64,000 nucleotides of DNA, from positions 124,001-188,000 of the forward strand of contig BROI01000007.1 in NCBI GenBank assembly GCA_027923505.1, read 5' to 3'. The DNA comes from Mayamaea pseudoterrestris (lineage: Eukaryota). How positions within the stretch are numbered: the first letter of the stretch is position 1; the number at the start of each line of letters is the position of its first letter. The notes beneath the pieces were generated by a model. It was not told the origin of the DNA. It made no database searches and was given only the letters and a program-made list of their open reading frames with translations. This document shows, one piece after another, positions 1-11,659 of the stretch. Position numbers and translations under genes: made by a program.

Positions 1-1807
1 TCCAAGTCGTGCGGGTGTAAGGGTCATCAGCGACATTGAGCATTCTAACTTGCTCGATGAGGCAATGGCGGGCGAAAACATAGTATCAGGTGTGCACTCC
101 CATTCAACCAGCATGTTTGGTATATCGAATATCGGTGCATGTTGCAAGTCAGCCGCGGGACAGGACGGACAAAACAAAAGTTTGAGTTGTGAGCTTCAGC
201 GGAAATCGTATAGGTCGTCGCGACGAGCTGATCGGTCGTCACGCATATTTGACACCTCGAACAATTCGCAGACATTCATAAATCCATTGCGTTGGTGGCA
301 ACATCACTATGGAAAGAATGCCCTGGTGCTATTGACGCCAGATTGAATGGAGCGCTTGAGACTATTCCTGCTCACTTGTCGGGTTGCAGTCCCGTTGAGC
401 AAAACCGGTTTGCACTTGGGGAAGCTACCGGTTGATGTTGATGACATTTTACCAGAAGTTGTAATTGATATGCTTGAAAGTTGCAGCCAGACCTTGGTGC
501 CGTGAGGACGTCAGAAAACCTGATGCTGTTCCGATCACGTCACTAACAGCATTAACGGGAGCCGCTGTTGCTAGCTCGATTTTGCAGGAGGAGGAATTTG
601 CGACGAAGGATTTATACGACAACGAAATATCCTCGCCAACCAAACCAGAGATTCTCCTCACGAAATCTGAACATTCGAGCATTGAGAATGATTACGCCGC
701 TGACTTGGTGAACAATTTGTTCGGAAGACCAGAGCCAGGTGACTCTTCGCACATGGAGAACAAACCAACGGAGGAGATGCTAATGAATTCTCTGGGCTTT
801 GCCATGGATACCGTGCAAGATGCTTGTCAAGCTGACCTCTCTCGTGAGTACACAAAAGTTTAAATGGCGATGGTACTAAATATCTAACCCGTTTGACCTC
901 ATCGATTTGAAGGCAATCGACACAGACACGCTGCTTTGTAAGCTAATGTCTGACAACAATGACAAAATTCTTCGCTGCGTATCTGACAAACTAGAAATGA
1001 GGCAGGCAATGATGGATTGACAGCAGTATGTTCAGTTACTACCTGCGCAATGAAAAAGAATGCCGGAGAAAAGACGGGGGTCTTCAGATGGAGGAAGAGG
1101 CAACTATATACTGCCGCAGGCTTGTGACTATTTCGCCTTCTTTTAGCAAAGTTTCCAGGAAAGCTTGCGCGAGAACGATGCTAGAAAGGTAGCTGAAACT
1201 GAACTATTGCCACATGCGAGTAAAGCCGTGTTGATGCACGAACAAGCGTCCAAGATGTTGCACACGACAAGAAAATTATGATATCGCATGCAACGAGTGA
1301 GACTGCTTCCAGCGCGGTTTCTGACGACGGGCGTTTGTCACCAGTACTATTCTTAGCTAAGCTGAGAAACATGGGCGTTGTAGTGTTGAAGCTTGGAAGC
1401 CGCAACAAATGGCAAAGTCGTGTCTTGGTAGCTTCGCGCGAGAACGATGAGAGTGTGAGCAATAACATCACCATTCCAAAGGCGCTTCTCTGGTTGAAAG
1501 CTTTTGATGATAAACTACGCACTGCCTCAAATATTAAGGAACTACCAGTAGGTCATGGCGGGATGATCGTGTCCGAGCTTGTAACGGCTGAAATGGGTTT
1601 CGGCGAGACCTCGCTTCCTCCAATCCCGAGACGATTCTTGGCTAATATTCCGCTTGCTTCAGAGTGCTGGTGACTTGCAAACAGATATAGGGGGAGAGAA
1701 TAGTTGCCTTGACATTCAACGATCGGGCAGACGCCGACATGTTTACCGCTGCTGTGCACGTCCTGGCAGAAAAAGTTACAAATACTGACGCTGAGATCGA
1801 AATCTGA
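1..1807 (+). pseudogene. Probable 3' part of a disrupted coding region (fragments 50-346, 465-863, 1278-1673, tail to 1807), ending in a possible PH-like domain; pseudogene or assembly indels
   Basis: Consecutive protein-like ORF fragments in different frames. 1278-1673 (VVVLKLGSRNKWQSRVL...ALLWLK) continues in another frame from ~1664 as VLVTCKQI*GERIVALTFNDRADADMFTAAVHVL to TGA 1805-1807. Confidence 0.35.
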
Positions 1808-2024
1808 TACTCGTAAATGTGTTGAAAAAGGCAGTAGAGAAGAAATTGATATAGATACTATGTATATACGTACGGTATTATATGCAAATGTCTACCGTTT
1901 AGGTAGAATATTTTTGGTTGCACCGATAGGTAATGTCTTTTCATTGCCGCATTATATATTTTGTCGAAACTGCGCCTCGCACGCAACCCATTTTTTAAAC
2001 TGCTACTGTACTACATACTTGGCA

Positions 2025-2738
2025 ATGGCTACTGACACAATCAAAGCGTTTGTCAGCTTGTTTTACATCCTTATGGCTGGATCTCTCGTCTCGGCCAATG
2101 GTGTTGCTGCTGGAGTTATTCACGGCAGACTTCAGTACCCCGACAAGCGACCATTCATGGAGTCGGCCCACATTTCGCTAAATCATGACGAACAACACAC
2201 TTATTCTCGATCGGATGGAAGCTTTACTTTCTTCAATGTCAAACCTGGGGTACATGTAGTTGATGTTCACGACCAGCTGTACCATTTCAGCCAGATAAAA
2301 TGCCAGTTTTTGGAGGAAAGTATGGACAAACCCACCTGCATTGAATATATTTTCCCTGGCTCGCACAAGCTGGAGACGACGCACCCGCTGGTGGTAAATG
2401 CTCTGGCTAGTATTGAATATTTTGATGCCAAACGAGGCTTTTCAATTCTTTCTATAATCAAGAACCCGATGGTGCTCATGATGTTGTTCTCCGTTGGGAT
2501 GATGTACTTTATGCCGTGAGTTTGCTGGTTGGATCTTATTCAGTGATGGGTATTGTCTGTGACCTAACTCTTTTCGCTTTTTCGTCGCAGTAAAATGATG
2601 GAGGGCATGGACCCAGAAGAGAAGGCAAAATTTAAACAGCAAATGGCAATGCAAAGCGATCCGCAAAGAATGATAAAAGAGTTTTTCGGCGATGCCGCCG
2701 GTGGAAAGGACGACACAAAGACGATACCGAATAAGTAA
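2025..2738 (+). CDS. EMC7: ER membrane protein complex subunit 7; exons 2025-2515, 2591-2738
   Basis: Signal peptide, beta-sandwich (SRSDGSFTFFNVKPGVHVVDV), YFDAKRGFSILSIIKNPMVLMM plus TM segment. GTGAG..GCAG intron 2516-2590 restores PKMMEGMDPEEK. Confidence 0.9.
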
Positions 2739-2772
2739 TGCTGCAGCTACCCACATAATAATAACATGATTA

Positions 2773-3987
2773 TTAATTTTCACCCATGACGAAGTTGACC
2801 TTGTTTAGTAGAGGAATATCCAGCAAAGCAAGCTCGAGACCACCTCTGACTTTACTAGCGCCGCGAAACTGAATATCAACGACACCGGTCGTCGCATCGA
2901 CGTTGACAACATCACACTGACCTCCCATGGCAAGTATTGCAGGCAGACGTCGGTTCACTTCGTCTTCGACGACCTTCCATGTCAACTCAGACGGCTTGTC
3001 TGCATCAGATTCCACTCGTATAACTTGTTGCAGATCGGCAAAATTTTCTTTTAGTGTCCTCTCAATTCCCATTTGCATAGTCACCGTGCTACTTTCGCAG
3101 GATCCGCACGCCCCTTCCAGTTTCAAATAGACATTTTTCTCGTTCTCGTCCACACGTTCCACCTTGACGTTTCCTCCGTCTGCTATCAGATATGGCCGCA
3201 CTTCATTTAGCACTCGATCAACGTTTTCCAACGTCAATACTAGATCCATGTCTTTTGGCATATCTGATTTAGCCAAGGCGCTATCGAAGGGTGAAACAAC
3301 GGCCTCGTCGGGTGCCGCGTCCTTGTGACGAATGTAAACTATATCCTTGGCTTCTGTCGTGCGTGCTGCGAGCAAATCAGCCTCTTCTCGGTCAAAGTCG
3401 TCATCGTCATCGTCGTCATCGTCGTGTTCATTGTCGTATAAGTATTCCATGACATCCACGTTCCATGCTTTTAAATTTGCACCGGCTTGATCAGCGAGAT
3501 CCCTCCAATCCTTGACTACCTGTTGCATGGCGATCGGTTCTGGCGTTGAAAACGTTAATGACCTTATATAAGCTACTTGCTCTGTCCCATGCTTTTCTGA
3601 GTGGTTTTGGAGACTCTGCATCAAGTCTTGGGTCACACCGACGTATACACACATGTCCCATCCATTCGAACCACGTTGGTAGTAGGCATTCATGACGGCG
3701 TAAACGGCAGCAACTCTGTGACCCTTGATACCACCCATCAAGATCTTGTACGGAAGGACTCGCTTACCGTCAAGATTAGGTGTGGGCGAAGACTTGCTTG
3801 TTATAGTGTCATTTGAGGACTGTGACTGAGCAGTATATAAAAGCGTGGATTGATCATGATGGTATTGACGAATTCTCGGCGACAGAAAGGCAAAACCTGC
3901 CAACGATCTGGAAGGCTTTACTGAAAATCCTCTGGTGGACAAAACGATACTTAATAGAGCGAACAGCGTCATGTATATACAAGGCAT
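2773..3987 (-). CDS. NFU: Plastid NFU/NifU-like Fe-S carrier with N-terminal GIY-YIG-like domain
   Basis: NifU domain VRPYLIADGGNV...LEGACGSCESSTVTMQMGIER, a second degenerate NifU domain without CxxC, bipartite leader (LSTRG-FSV), AVYAV...YVG motif, poly-Asp linker. Confidence 0.88.
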   Translation of the reverse strand: MPCIYMTLFALLSIVLSTRGFSVKPSRSLAGFAFLSPRIRQYHHDQSTLLYTAQSQSSNDTITSKSSPTPNLDGKRVLPYKILMGGIKGHRVAAVYAVMNAYYQRGSNGWDMCVYVGVTQDLMQSLQNHSEKHGTEQVAYIRSLTFSTPEPIAMQQVVKDWRDLADQAGANLKAWNVDVMEYLYDNEHDDDDDDDDDFDREEADLLAARTTEAKDIVYIRHKDAAPDEAVVSPFDSALAKSDMPKDMDLVLTLENVDRVLNEVRPYLIADGGNVKVERVDENEKNVYLKLEGACGSCESSTVTMQMGIERTLKENFADLQQVIRVESDADKPSELTWKVVEDEVNRRLPAILAMGGQCDVVNVDATTGVVDIQFRGASKVRGGLELALLDIPLLNKVNFVMGEN

Positions 3988-4252
3988 GTTGTTGATTATG
4001 GCGACGGGAGCAAGTCGAGGATGCTAGTGATGATGGACGAGAAAAAGTAGTGTCGTCCTCAATGGAGCTTTGTCGACGAAATCTGTCGCTTCGGTTTTGC
4101 TGTGACGCAGACTACGTACCGATCAATTGCAGCACTACAGCACCGGCACTTCTAATTGTGCTTGATTTATAAAACTTCCTCTGACATTGAAGACTATCAG
4201 TGGATCCGGTTTATTTCCTATCAGTAGCTTGCAAGTTACTCATTGCAACAGT

Positions 4253-5251
4253 TCAGCGATTCGGCAGCAGCAACGCTTCGTGTCGCTCCTTCGTCGCTCG
4301 TTTCTGCAAGTCCATCCACTCTTGAGTAGCCTGCATGGTTCTTTCCTTGCACATCATTAAGCATGATGATTTAGTGATTTTGGTACGCGGCGCAGGAAAG
4401 TAGTCCAACAATTCGACATGGTCCGGCAGGGATCGCTTCGGACAAGACGTGTTTCGGTCGGCATGGCGGGTATCATCCTCCACAAGACCATTGGAATATG
4501 AAGATTGCATGTCATCGGCAATATTATTGAGTAGGTTAAAAACGTCGCGGCCTTGCGCCGAGCTCGGATCGGACGATGGAAGTTCCAAAACGGCAATTAA
4601 AGACTGCACCCCTTCATGAGCGCTGCGCATGAAATGTTGCCTTCGCCGACAAAATGAAGGCGAGTGAGACCCGTCACTGCTGCTGTTCTTTGTTGGTGAA
4701 ACGAAGCTATCCCTGCTCCTTGTTGCGCTCGAAGAATCATGGAACATAGTCGCTGACCCATCTGATATATTTGGCATGGAGGGTCGTATCGTAGCCGATG
4801 CAATCAGATTTTCAAGCTGCAACTGGAACGCACTGTACTTATCTTTGAGATCTTGTACATCGTCTTTCATACAAAATAAGCGAAAGTTGCAGCATGCGAA
4901 GCGCAAAAGAATGCTTTGAGGCAGATTGTGGTCGTTGTCTTTTCCTCCAACAAGTACAGTCAAAATCTGCGACCAGTCCACGAAGTAGACACGCCCTGCT
5001 GCAAACTTGATACATACTTTTGCTTCATTTATATAAACCTGGCATGAAGATATACCGGGATCATTGTTGAAAGAAACACCACTTGCATCAAAACAAGCAA
5101 CACCGCTGCCTTCCACTTCGACGGAAAGCTCGTGATCACGGAGCAAAATATGCCTTGGTTCTACAAGAAAAGGGTCGTCATCTCGGTTAGAGTTGGAAAT
5201 TCGGAGCGGCACAAGAAAAGGTAGAGCGCTTAGAAAAGAGTGGCGATCCAT
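4253..5251 (-). CDS. Hypothetical protein (332 aa)
   Basis: Long ATG-initiated ORF filling the gap between two genes; no family recognised. Confidence 0.6.
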   Translation of the reverse strand: MDRHSFLSALPFLVPLRISNSNRDDDPFLVEPRHILLRDHELSVEVEGSGVACFDASGVSFNNDPGISSCQVYINEAKVCIKFAAGRVYFVDWSQILTVLVGGKDNDHNLPQSILLRFACCNFRLFCMKDDVQDLKDKYSAFQLQLENLIASATIRPSMPNISDGSATMFHDSSSATRSRDSFVSPTKNSSSDGSHSPSFCRRRQHFMRSAHEGVQSLIAVLELPSSDPSSAQGRDVFNLLNNIADDMQSSYSNGLVEDDTRHADRNTSCPKRSLPDHVELLDYFPAPRTKITKSSCLMMCKERTMQATQEWMDLQKRATKERHEALLLPNR

Positions 5252-5501
5252 AGCGGAGTCTGCATTGCGAGAATCAGCAAGCTTTCGTCATGGTCGTCGC
5301 GCGCTGAAATTCGGATGACTCGAGTCGTCATTCTTGCGTCACCAATGCGTCATGTTTCCGTTCGCAACTGTCTCACCACGACTCGAACACATTCTCCACC
5401 ACGACGCGCGTTGGTTGCCGCGCCTGGCACACAGCATGAGGCTGCAACCAACTCATCTACAGCTTCCCTTAGTCTATATCAGTGAAAGTTAACGAGCAAT
5501 C

Positions 5502-7848
5502 ATGGACGATGTAAGATAATATTTAGATGTGTCTGGTGTCTGTTATTGATCACTGTGAAGTTGCTTCCGATGTCCTACGCATAGAAAGAGTCAGTCGCAT
5601 TCGCTTCTTCGCTCACATCCTCCTTTTCGCTGCTCGTCTTTCTCTTTCTATAACGTTTTAGTCCGATTTCGTCTGCCCGCTTTGCTGTGAAGAGCTTGAC
5701 ATCTCTGATCGCGAATTTTATCCTTGCAAATGTGGCTATCAAGTTTGTATGTGGTGTTGGCACCGAATACGCGAGTCTGAGAGTGGTCTTTGTCCTGCCT
5801 GTCGTACACCCTATGGAGAAGACCCGCATCAATTTAGTGCAGTCGACGTTGAAGATGTTCTAAAAGCCAATAAGGAGAAGGAGGTTGCCGCGAAAAAGGA
5901 GCGGGACAAGCTGCGACAGAACAATTTTGATGGAGATGACGACCATGCCTTGCCAATTCCTAGTGATCGAACGCAACTGGCGAACATGAGAGTCATTCGC
6001 CGGAATCTGGTATATGCGGTGGGACTTCCAATACAGATAGCAACAGAAGAAATTTTGAAGAAGCCAGAATATTTTGGGCAGTATGGGAAGATTTACAAAA
6101 TTGTTATTAACCGAGCGCAGACGCAAGGTACTGATCCGAAACGAGCCACGGCAAGCGCATATATCACTTTTGTCCACAAGGAGGATACTCTTGCATGCAT
6201 TTTAGCGCTGGACGGCTTTTATATGGAGAATAAGAATGTTAGAGCTTCTTATGGGACTTCGAAATACTGTTCCGCTTTTATCAAAAACGTTAGATGCAAC
6301 AATCCAGAGTGTACTTATCTGCACGAAATGGGAGCTGGTGAGGATACATTCACTAAGCAAGAAATTCAAGCTGGTTACGTGACGAGCGGTCGAGATGTCC
6401 TCGCTCGACAGCAGCAGATTGTTGCTGAACAACTGAGGCTTGGAGCAGTCACAGGTACGCCTCGCAAACGAATTGGCTGCGGCGGGCCGTCGGGCACTGG
6501 ACGTGCTAGCAATAGTCCAATTTTTCCTCCTCCAGAATTTGATGAACCTGTCAAGCTCGCCGCAATGAACATTCCTCCTCCTTTTGGAAATGTCCCTCGG
6601 TCAATGACAACTGGTGGCATCAGCACGTTGACGGCCTCGACGGTGCCTGCAAAATTGGGTCGCGCGGCTTCCATCACTTCATCTTTAACGACTGCAGAAA
6701 AGAGCCCGACGCTGGGTTCGGCAGCCCCTTCAAGCCTTCTTGCTGGGGCGCAGAAGAACGTACAAAGTGTTGCGCCTCTGGCAACCACAGTAGCTTCGGT
6801 TGTTGCTGGCGCCGGTCGGCCCAGTAAGTCGGACGTATCAGATACGCACATTACTTTGACTCCTCTTACTCCTCTTAAACGCAACTCAAAGTCGACGCGC
6901 ATTGCAGCTGGAGCTCCTGCGCAGCCAAGTGGAGCGGAAATGAAAAGCGGTTCGAATCGCAACGGCACGAGCAAAAAGCAATACGAAAGCATGTCATATG
7001 GTGAGTCTATGGATTCTGAAACGTTGGGCAGCGAAGAAAGTATTATTGGAGGTGATGTGATTGGACCGCCATCATCGAAACCGCGCCATGCTATTTCAAA
7101 CTCAAGTTTCGATTCCCTCGCCGGACTGTCGTCGCCATTGGATCCTGTTGCATCATTGGGTGGCCAAGATTTTTGTCTCGGTAATCATCAGAGGAGTGCC
7201 AGTACCCTTGGAGGAGATGTATTTACAGGTCGATTGCCTAACAGTTCGGCGATCGGCAGTAAAAAAGACCGATGGAATTCAGGGTCCGGGCGTGGAGCAG
7301 CTGCTTCTGGTGACATGTGGACCAATTCTTCTTCGTTCCCATCTAACGACCCGGGACATGCATTAATTGGAGGTAGCATTATTGGTGGGTCAACGGTTCC
7401 GTTACATAGTCCTGGAAATAGCAGCTCCGCCTTAGCTTCCATGCTTGGTATTAGTCTGCCGACAGGTTCAGGATCTCTGGCATCGTCTGGCGATATGTGG
7501 GTAACAACACGCGGGCCGTCCGCGCTCTCGGCTTTGAACAATAGTGCAGCGCCTATCAACGACACGATGGCCAGTCATCAGAACACCGTCAGCGGAAGCT
7601 CTTCAATTGGAGGCGTTCCGATTGGAGGTAATTTTTTGGGGTCAGTCGGAACGATCGGCGGTGGCAGCAACAAAAATGATATCGCTCTTTTGCAAAGTTT
7701 GCTGCCGGGTGTCCATATTACTGCTGGTGACGATAGCGTTTTCGGAAGGGCATCAAGTTGGAGCAATAATAGTAGCGGACAACGTTTGGATCCCGTCGGA
7801 CCAAGCAATTCGCAGCAGGACCCTCGACGCGGACAAGGTATTTGGTAA
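5502..7848 (+). CDS. CNOT4: CCR4-NOT subunit 4 RING E3 ligase; exons 5502-5510, 5662-7848
   Basis: ATG GAC GAT|GTAAG intron to TAG 5661, then C4C4 RING CPLCCEELD..FYPCKCGYQVCMWCW..CPACR, RRM (NLVYAVGL, EYFGQYGKI) and C3H1 finger (GTSKYC..C.NPECTYLHE). Confidence 0.93.
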
Positions 7849-8072
7849 CTACCATTAGCAGTAGGCGATAATGAAATGTGAGGAAGGTGGATAGGACAGA
7901 ATGGATAGCAATGGATAGTAAATAGTAGTAATGGGGTCGTGGATCAAAGTTAGATAACAGTATAGTCAGCATCCAGGCCTGGGTTCGGTAATAGCATGTC
8001 GTTTACATTGTATCTGACGTGAATCCACTAGGAGCTGAGACATAACCTTTCACACTAAGCATTGTTATTACG

Positions 8073-9985
8073 CTATACTATCTTTGATGCGCTTATTCGC
8101 GGCGTTACAAAGCGAGCTCGCGCTCGCTTTTGTTTCAAGCCATCAGCTTTCTCTCGAGAATCCAAAGGATGTCTCTTTCTTGTTCGCTTAAAAGGTATGT
8201 ACAACACATCATTGTCGCTGATTACTTGCGCTAATATCTTCTCAGGTGTCTCTTCCGGAAGCTGAAGCATTTTTGCCGTGGATGCCGACAAAGCTTGCAA
8301 CGCAACGCTGGGATGATAATTGAACTTAAGTAAAGCGAGCTCCCATGCCGCCGTAGCAAAAACGTTGCTTTGTTCTGGGTCGTCGGAACAAGGGTCGTAC
8401 TGACCCGACATAATTACATCCTCCTCATTTTCTAACAGCTGTTGCGTGCAGTCATATCGCGTTATAAGCTGTCGGTTGAACGCGAGCAGGGGCGCCGCCC
8501 CATGCGGAAAGCTAGATACTGCAACTGTACAGATGCGTTTGACAAACGCAGCTATTCGTGTTGTGGAAAACTCACGTCTTCTCAGAAATGCCGCTTCTAG
8601 ACATCTCAAAATAGTTGTCATGACATTCCTGTCAATCTCATCCGAACACAAACGACGCAATTGCTTATAGAGCGGTTGAAGATATTCCTTCGGGTCAATC
8701 TGAAGTTCCTTGCCCGGGCCATGTAACATTTGAAACGCAGCGAGCACACAATTAAGTGCTGCATCCACCGGAAGAGCATCGACATCACGCAAGAGCGACT
8801 TAAACACTTCCAACAAATCCATCACCGTATCAATATTGATTAAGTGCGCATACTTTGCCAAACCATCCAGAGCGACAGGAAGGAGTTCTTTTATGTGCGA
8901 GGAACTAAGGTTGTCGCTTTTTAAAATGCGGAAGTAAGTCAGTGTCACCGATTCTAGCATATCAGACTGGCACCGCGCAAGTTGGAGTTTGTCGACCGTA
9001 GCTTGACTCTCTCTGAGTTCTGCCGCGATCTCAGCACTCTCTTTGTCCTTCTTACGCTTCTTCGCATTCTGTTGCGCCATAATCTTGGCAGCTTGCGCTT
9101 CATCGTCATGGACTCGAAGAGGCAAGGCGCGAAATGTTTGTAACACGTTTGAACGAATCTTAAAACCTCTGTCTTTAATCAGCTTGGCCACTTGTCGCGT
9201 TGTCTCCGACGCTACTTCGCCCTGTGCGTCATTCTCAAACACAAATTCTATCGCGGAGCAACAACTGTGACTGACTTGATCGATCGAGTGATTCATAGCT
9301 CGAACGACAGCCGCAATGAGATTGGACCGAAAATTAAAGTGAAAGGCTGACTTGAGCAATTCGCTGAGGCAAAGAATAGCCGCTATAGCTTGTGGTGACG
9401 GATCTGCCTTGTGTTTCTGCCAAGTTGACTCCAAAAGCTTTAAATAGTCTTGGTAATGAGTGAGCAATGCGCGCTCAAAATCCCACCTGCAGAATGTATG
9501 AAGTACAAGCATTGTGCGCGACATGAGAGTATGAAATGTTTTCGCACGAATATACAATGGTTCAAATTCAAGTAAACATACATTTTTTTAGTATCCTTTG
9601 ATACCTTGACAGCCATTTCCTTTATTGAAGGCAACCGGATTCGATAAGAAGGCAGGATATCCTTAAAGACGGCCAACAGCGATAGCAGAGCCAGTTGCGA
9701 AACCGATGAATCACCTTTCGCAGACGCAAAGTTTAGGAGCTGTCGCATTTTCGACGGCAGTTTTCTTGCACGGCCTTCGCTGTCAAGATCTTCTAAAGCA
9801 GCAGCGGAAAAGGCGGATTCGGGTGCTTCCAAAATAGCCTCACTTATGTCGGCAATGAGATCGATGGGATTTTCGTCATGGGCGTTTCGACTGCTGGTGA
9901 TCAGCTTTCGCTTCTCAGTCGCTTGAGTCGATTCCAGAGCTGCTTCTTCAACTACTTTTCGTTTCTGTCTATTGAGTGTGGACAT
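8073..9985 (-). CDS. NOC3: Nucleolar complex protein 3; exons 9985-9582, 9486-8073
   Basis: NOC3 motif LLAVFKDILPSYRIR...KVSKD; GTATGT..CAG intron 9581-9487 gives MWDFERALL; HFNFRSN, GLAKYAHLINID, WELALLKFNYHP. Confidence 0.92.
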
Positions 9986-10225
9986 TGCAAGGTATCGCGT
10001 TGCAGGGAGACGTGAGATGGCGACGGAGGTGATAATCAATACGAGTAAGCCGGATGGCATGCTGATCGAAACAGGAAATCCGACGGTCCATGCGTGAGTA
10101 CCGATAAGACTCAAAAGTGTGACTCATGACCCAAAAATTTGCTCGACGAAATTCGCAAGCGTGCGTCGCGTTTCACTCCAAAAGAACAAGTCACTCACTG
10201 TCAAGCGTGTTCAGACACTTACACC

Positions 10226-11150
10226 ATGGCCACCATGACACCCAATAGCCGGGTGCACCATTTCAAGCTTGTGCTACTAGGTGATACTGCCGTGGGAAAA
10301 TCGTGCTTGGTTGTCCGCTTTGTGCGCGATGAGTTCTTCGAATTTCAGGAGCCGACGATTGGAGGTAAGCGAGAATATTGCTGTAGCGGCGGGGCCTCGT
10401 ATGGCTTTATGGCGTTGCAAATGATGCTGTATTGCTCCGCTGATCAACTGCTGTCATTGCATCGTGCGATGACCTTTTTGTGCTACCACTTGTTGCACAT
10501 GTTTCGTGTTGCTGCTTTAACTTTTATTTCGTTCCGGTTCCTGCTGTCATGCGAATAAACGATCTTATGCTTGTTATTTCCTACAGCCGCTTTTCTAACG
10601 CAGACGGTTCAGCTAGACGATGCCACTGTCAAGTTCGAGATTTGGTACGTCTTTTTCGGTGATAGCAGTCACGACGTTTTGTCGGCATTCGGCATAGACG
10701 ACTGCATAATTCTTGCTCACATGTACTCGTTACGACACAAATATTAGGGACACTGCAGGGCAGGAGCGTTATCGTTCACTCGCACCAATGTACTATCGAG
10801 GAGCCTCCGCTGCGATTATTGTATACGACATTACAAATCCTGATAGCTTTGCTGGCGCCAAGAGCTGGGTCAAGGAACTCCAGCGTCGTGGCGACCCAAA
10901 CGTCGTCATTGCATTGGCCGGTAACAAAGCTGACTTGGAGAGTCGACGTAAGGTCGAATTTGAGGAGGCTAATGCATATGCCTTGGAGAATGGCATTTTG
11001 CATTTGGAGACGAGCGCCAAGAATGCAAATAATGTCAAGTCGTTATTTGTTGAGATTGCCAGAAAATTGCCCAAGGCACCTCCTCAGCCGGAGCGAGAAG
11101 CTTTTCCCATCATGGCTCAGCAGGACCCGGCGCAGCGCAATTGCTGCTAA
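10226..11150 (+). CDS. RAB5: Rab5-family small GTPase; exons 10226-10364, 10587-10644, 10748-11150
   Basis: [62 protein letters not shown]-terminal CC; two canonical introns. Confidence 0.96.
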
Positions 11151-11659
11151 GCAGCTCATTGCATTGTGATTGTTCCTTGGGTCGACAAGTGAGGATATGA
11201 TTCGACAGCCAACCACGTGAAGAAGAAAGACATCATACCAATATTGCTCTGTTCACAAATTTACTAATTTTGCATTAGCATTTGCATCGTCATGTTACTA
11301 AAGCATTGTACGTATCCCTCGATGGTCGCGGGCATACGCATAAACGACTTCTTGGATGGACCAATATTCGATTGGGTAATTTATGTGCCCTGATCGTGGA
11401 ACAAAAGCCTGGTGCCCTCAATCCCGAGCGGCTCCATTTGGAAATGATCTCACCAGACGATAAGAAGCCACAGTGGTAAATATCAAGCGTCGGTCACAGT
11501 CGATGGCCTTATACTGAAAACACTACCGGTACTATACATTGGTCGGGGACGCTCGGTGAGTATACTATTGTCGTTCCGAGAAGTGGTGCGACATCCGTTT
11601 CCAGACGATTGGATGACCGCGCACAACATCAGGCGACACAACCTCACACATCAACACCC

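Noticed and set aside
3398..3425. Short trinucleotide runs (poly-Asp here; poly-Gln ~21390-21413)
   Set aside because: Ordinary coding low-complexity tracts, not arrays or CRISPR.
10365..10586. Long RAB5 intron with ATGATG and CTGA as a snoRNA candidate
   Set aside because: Boxes only ~13 nt apart, no distal D box, no recognisable rRNA guide.
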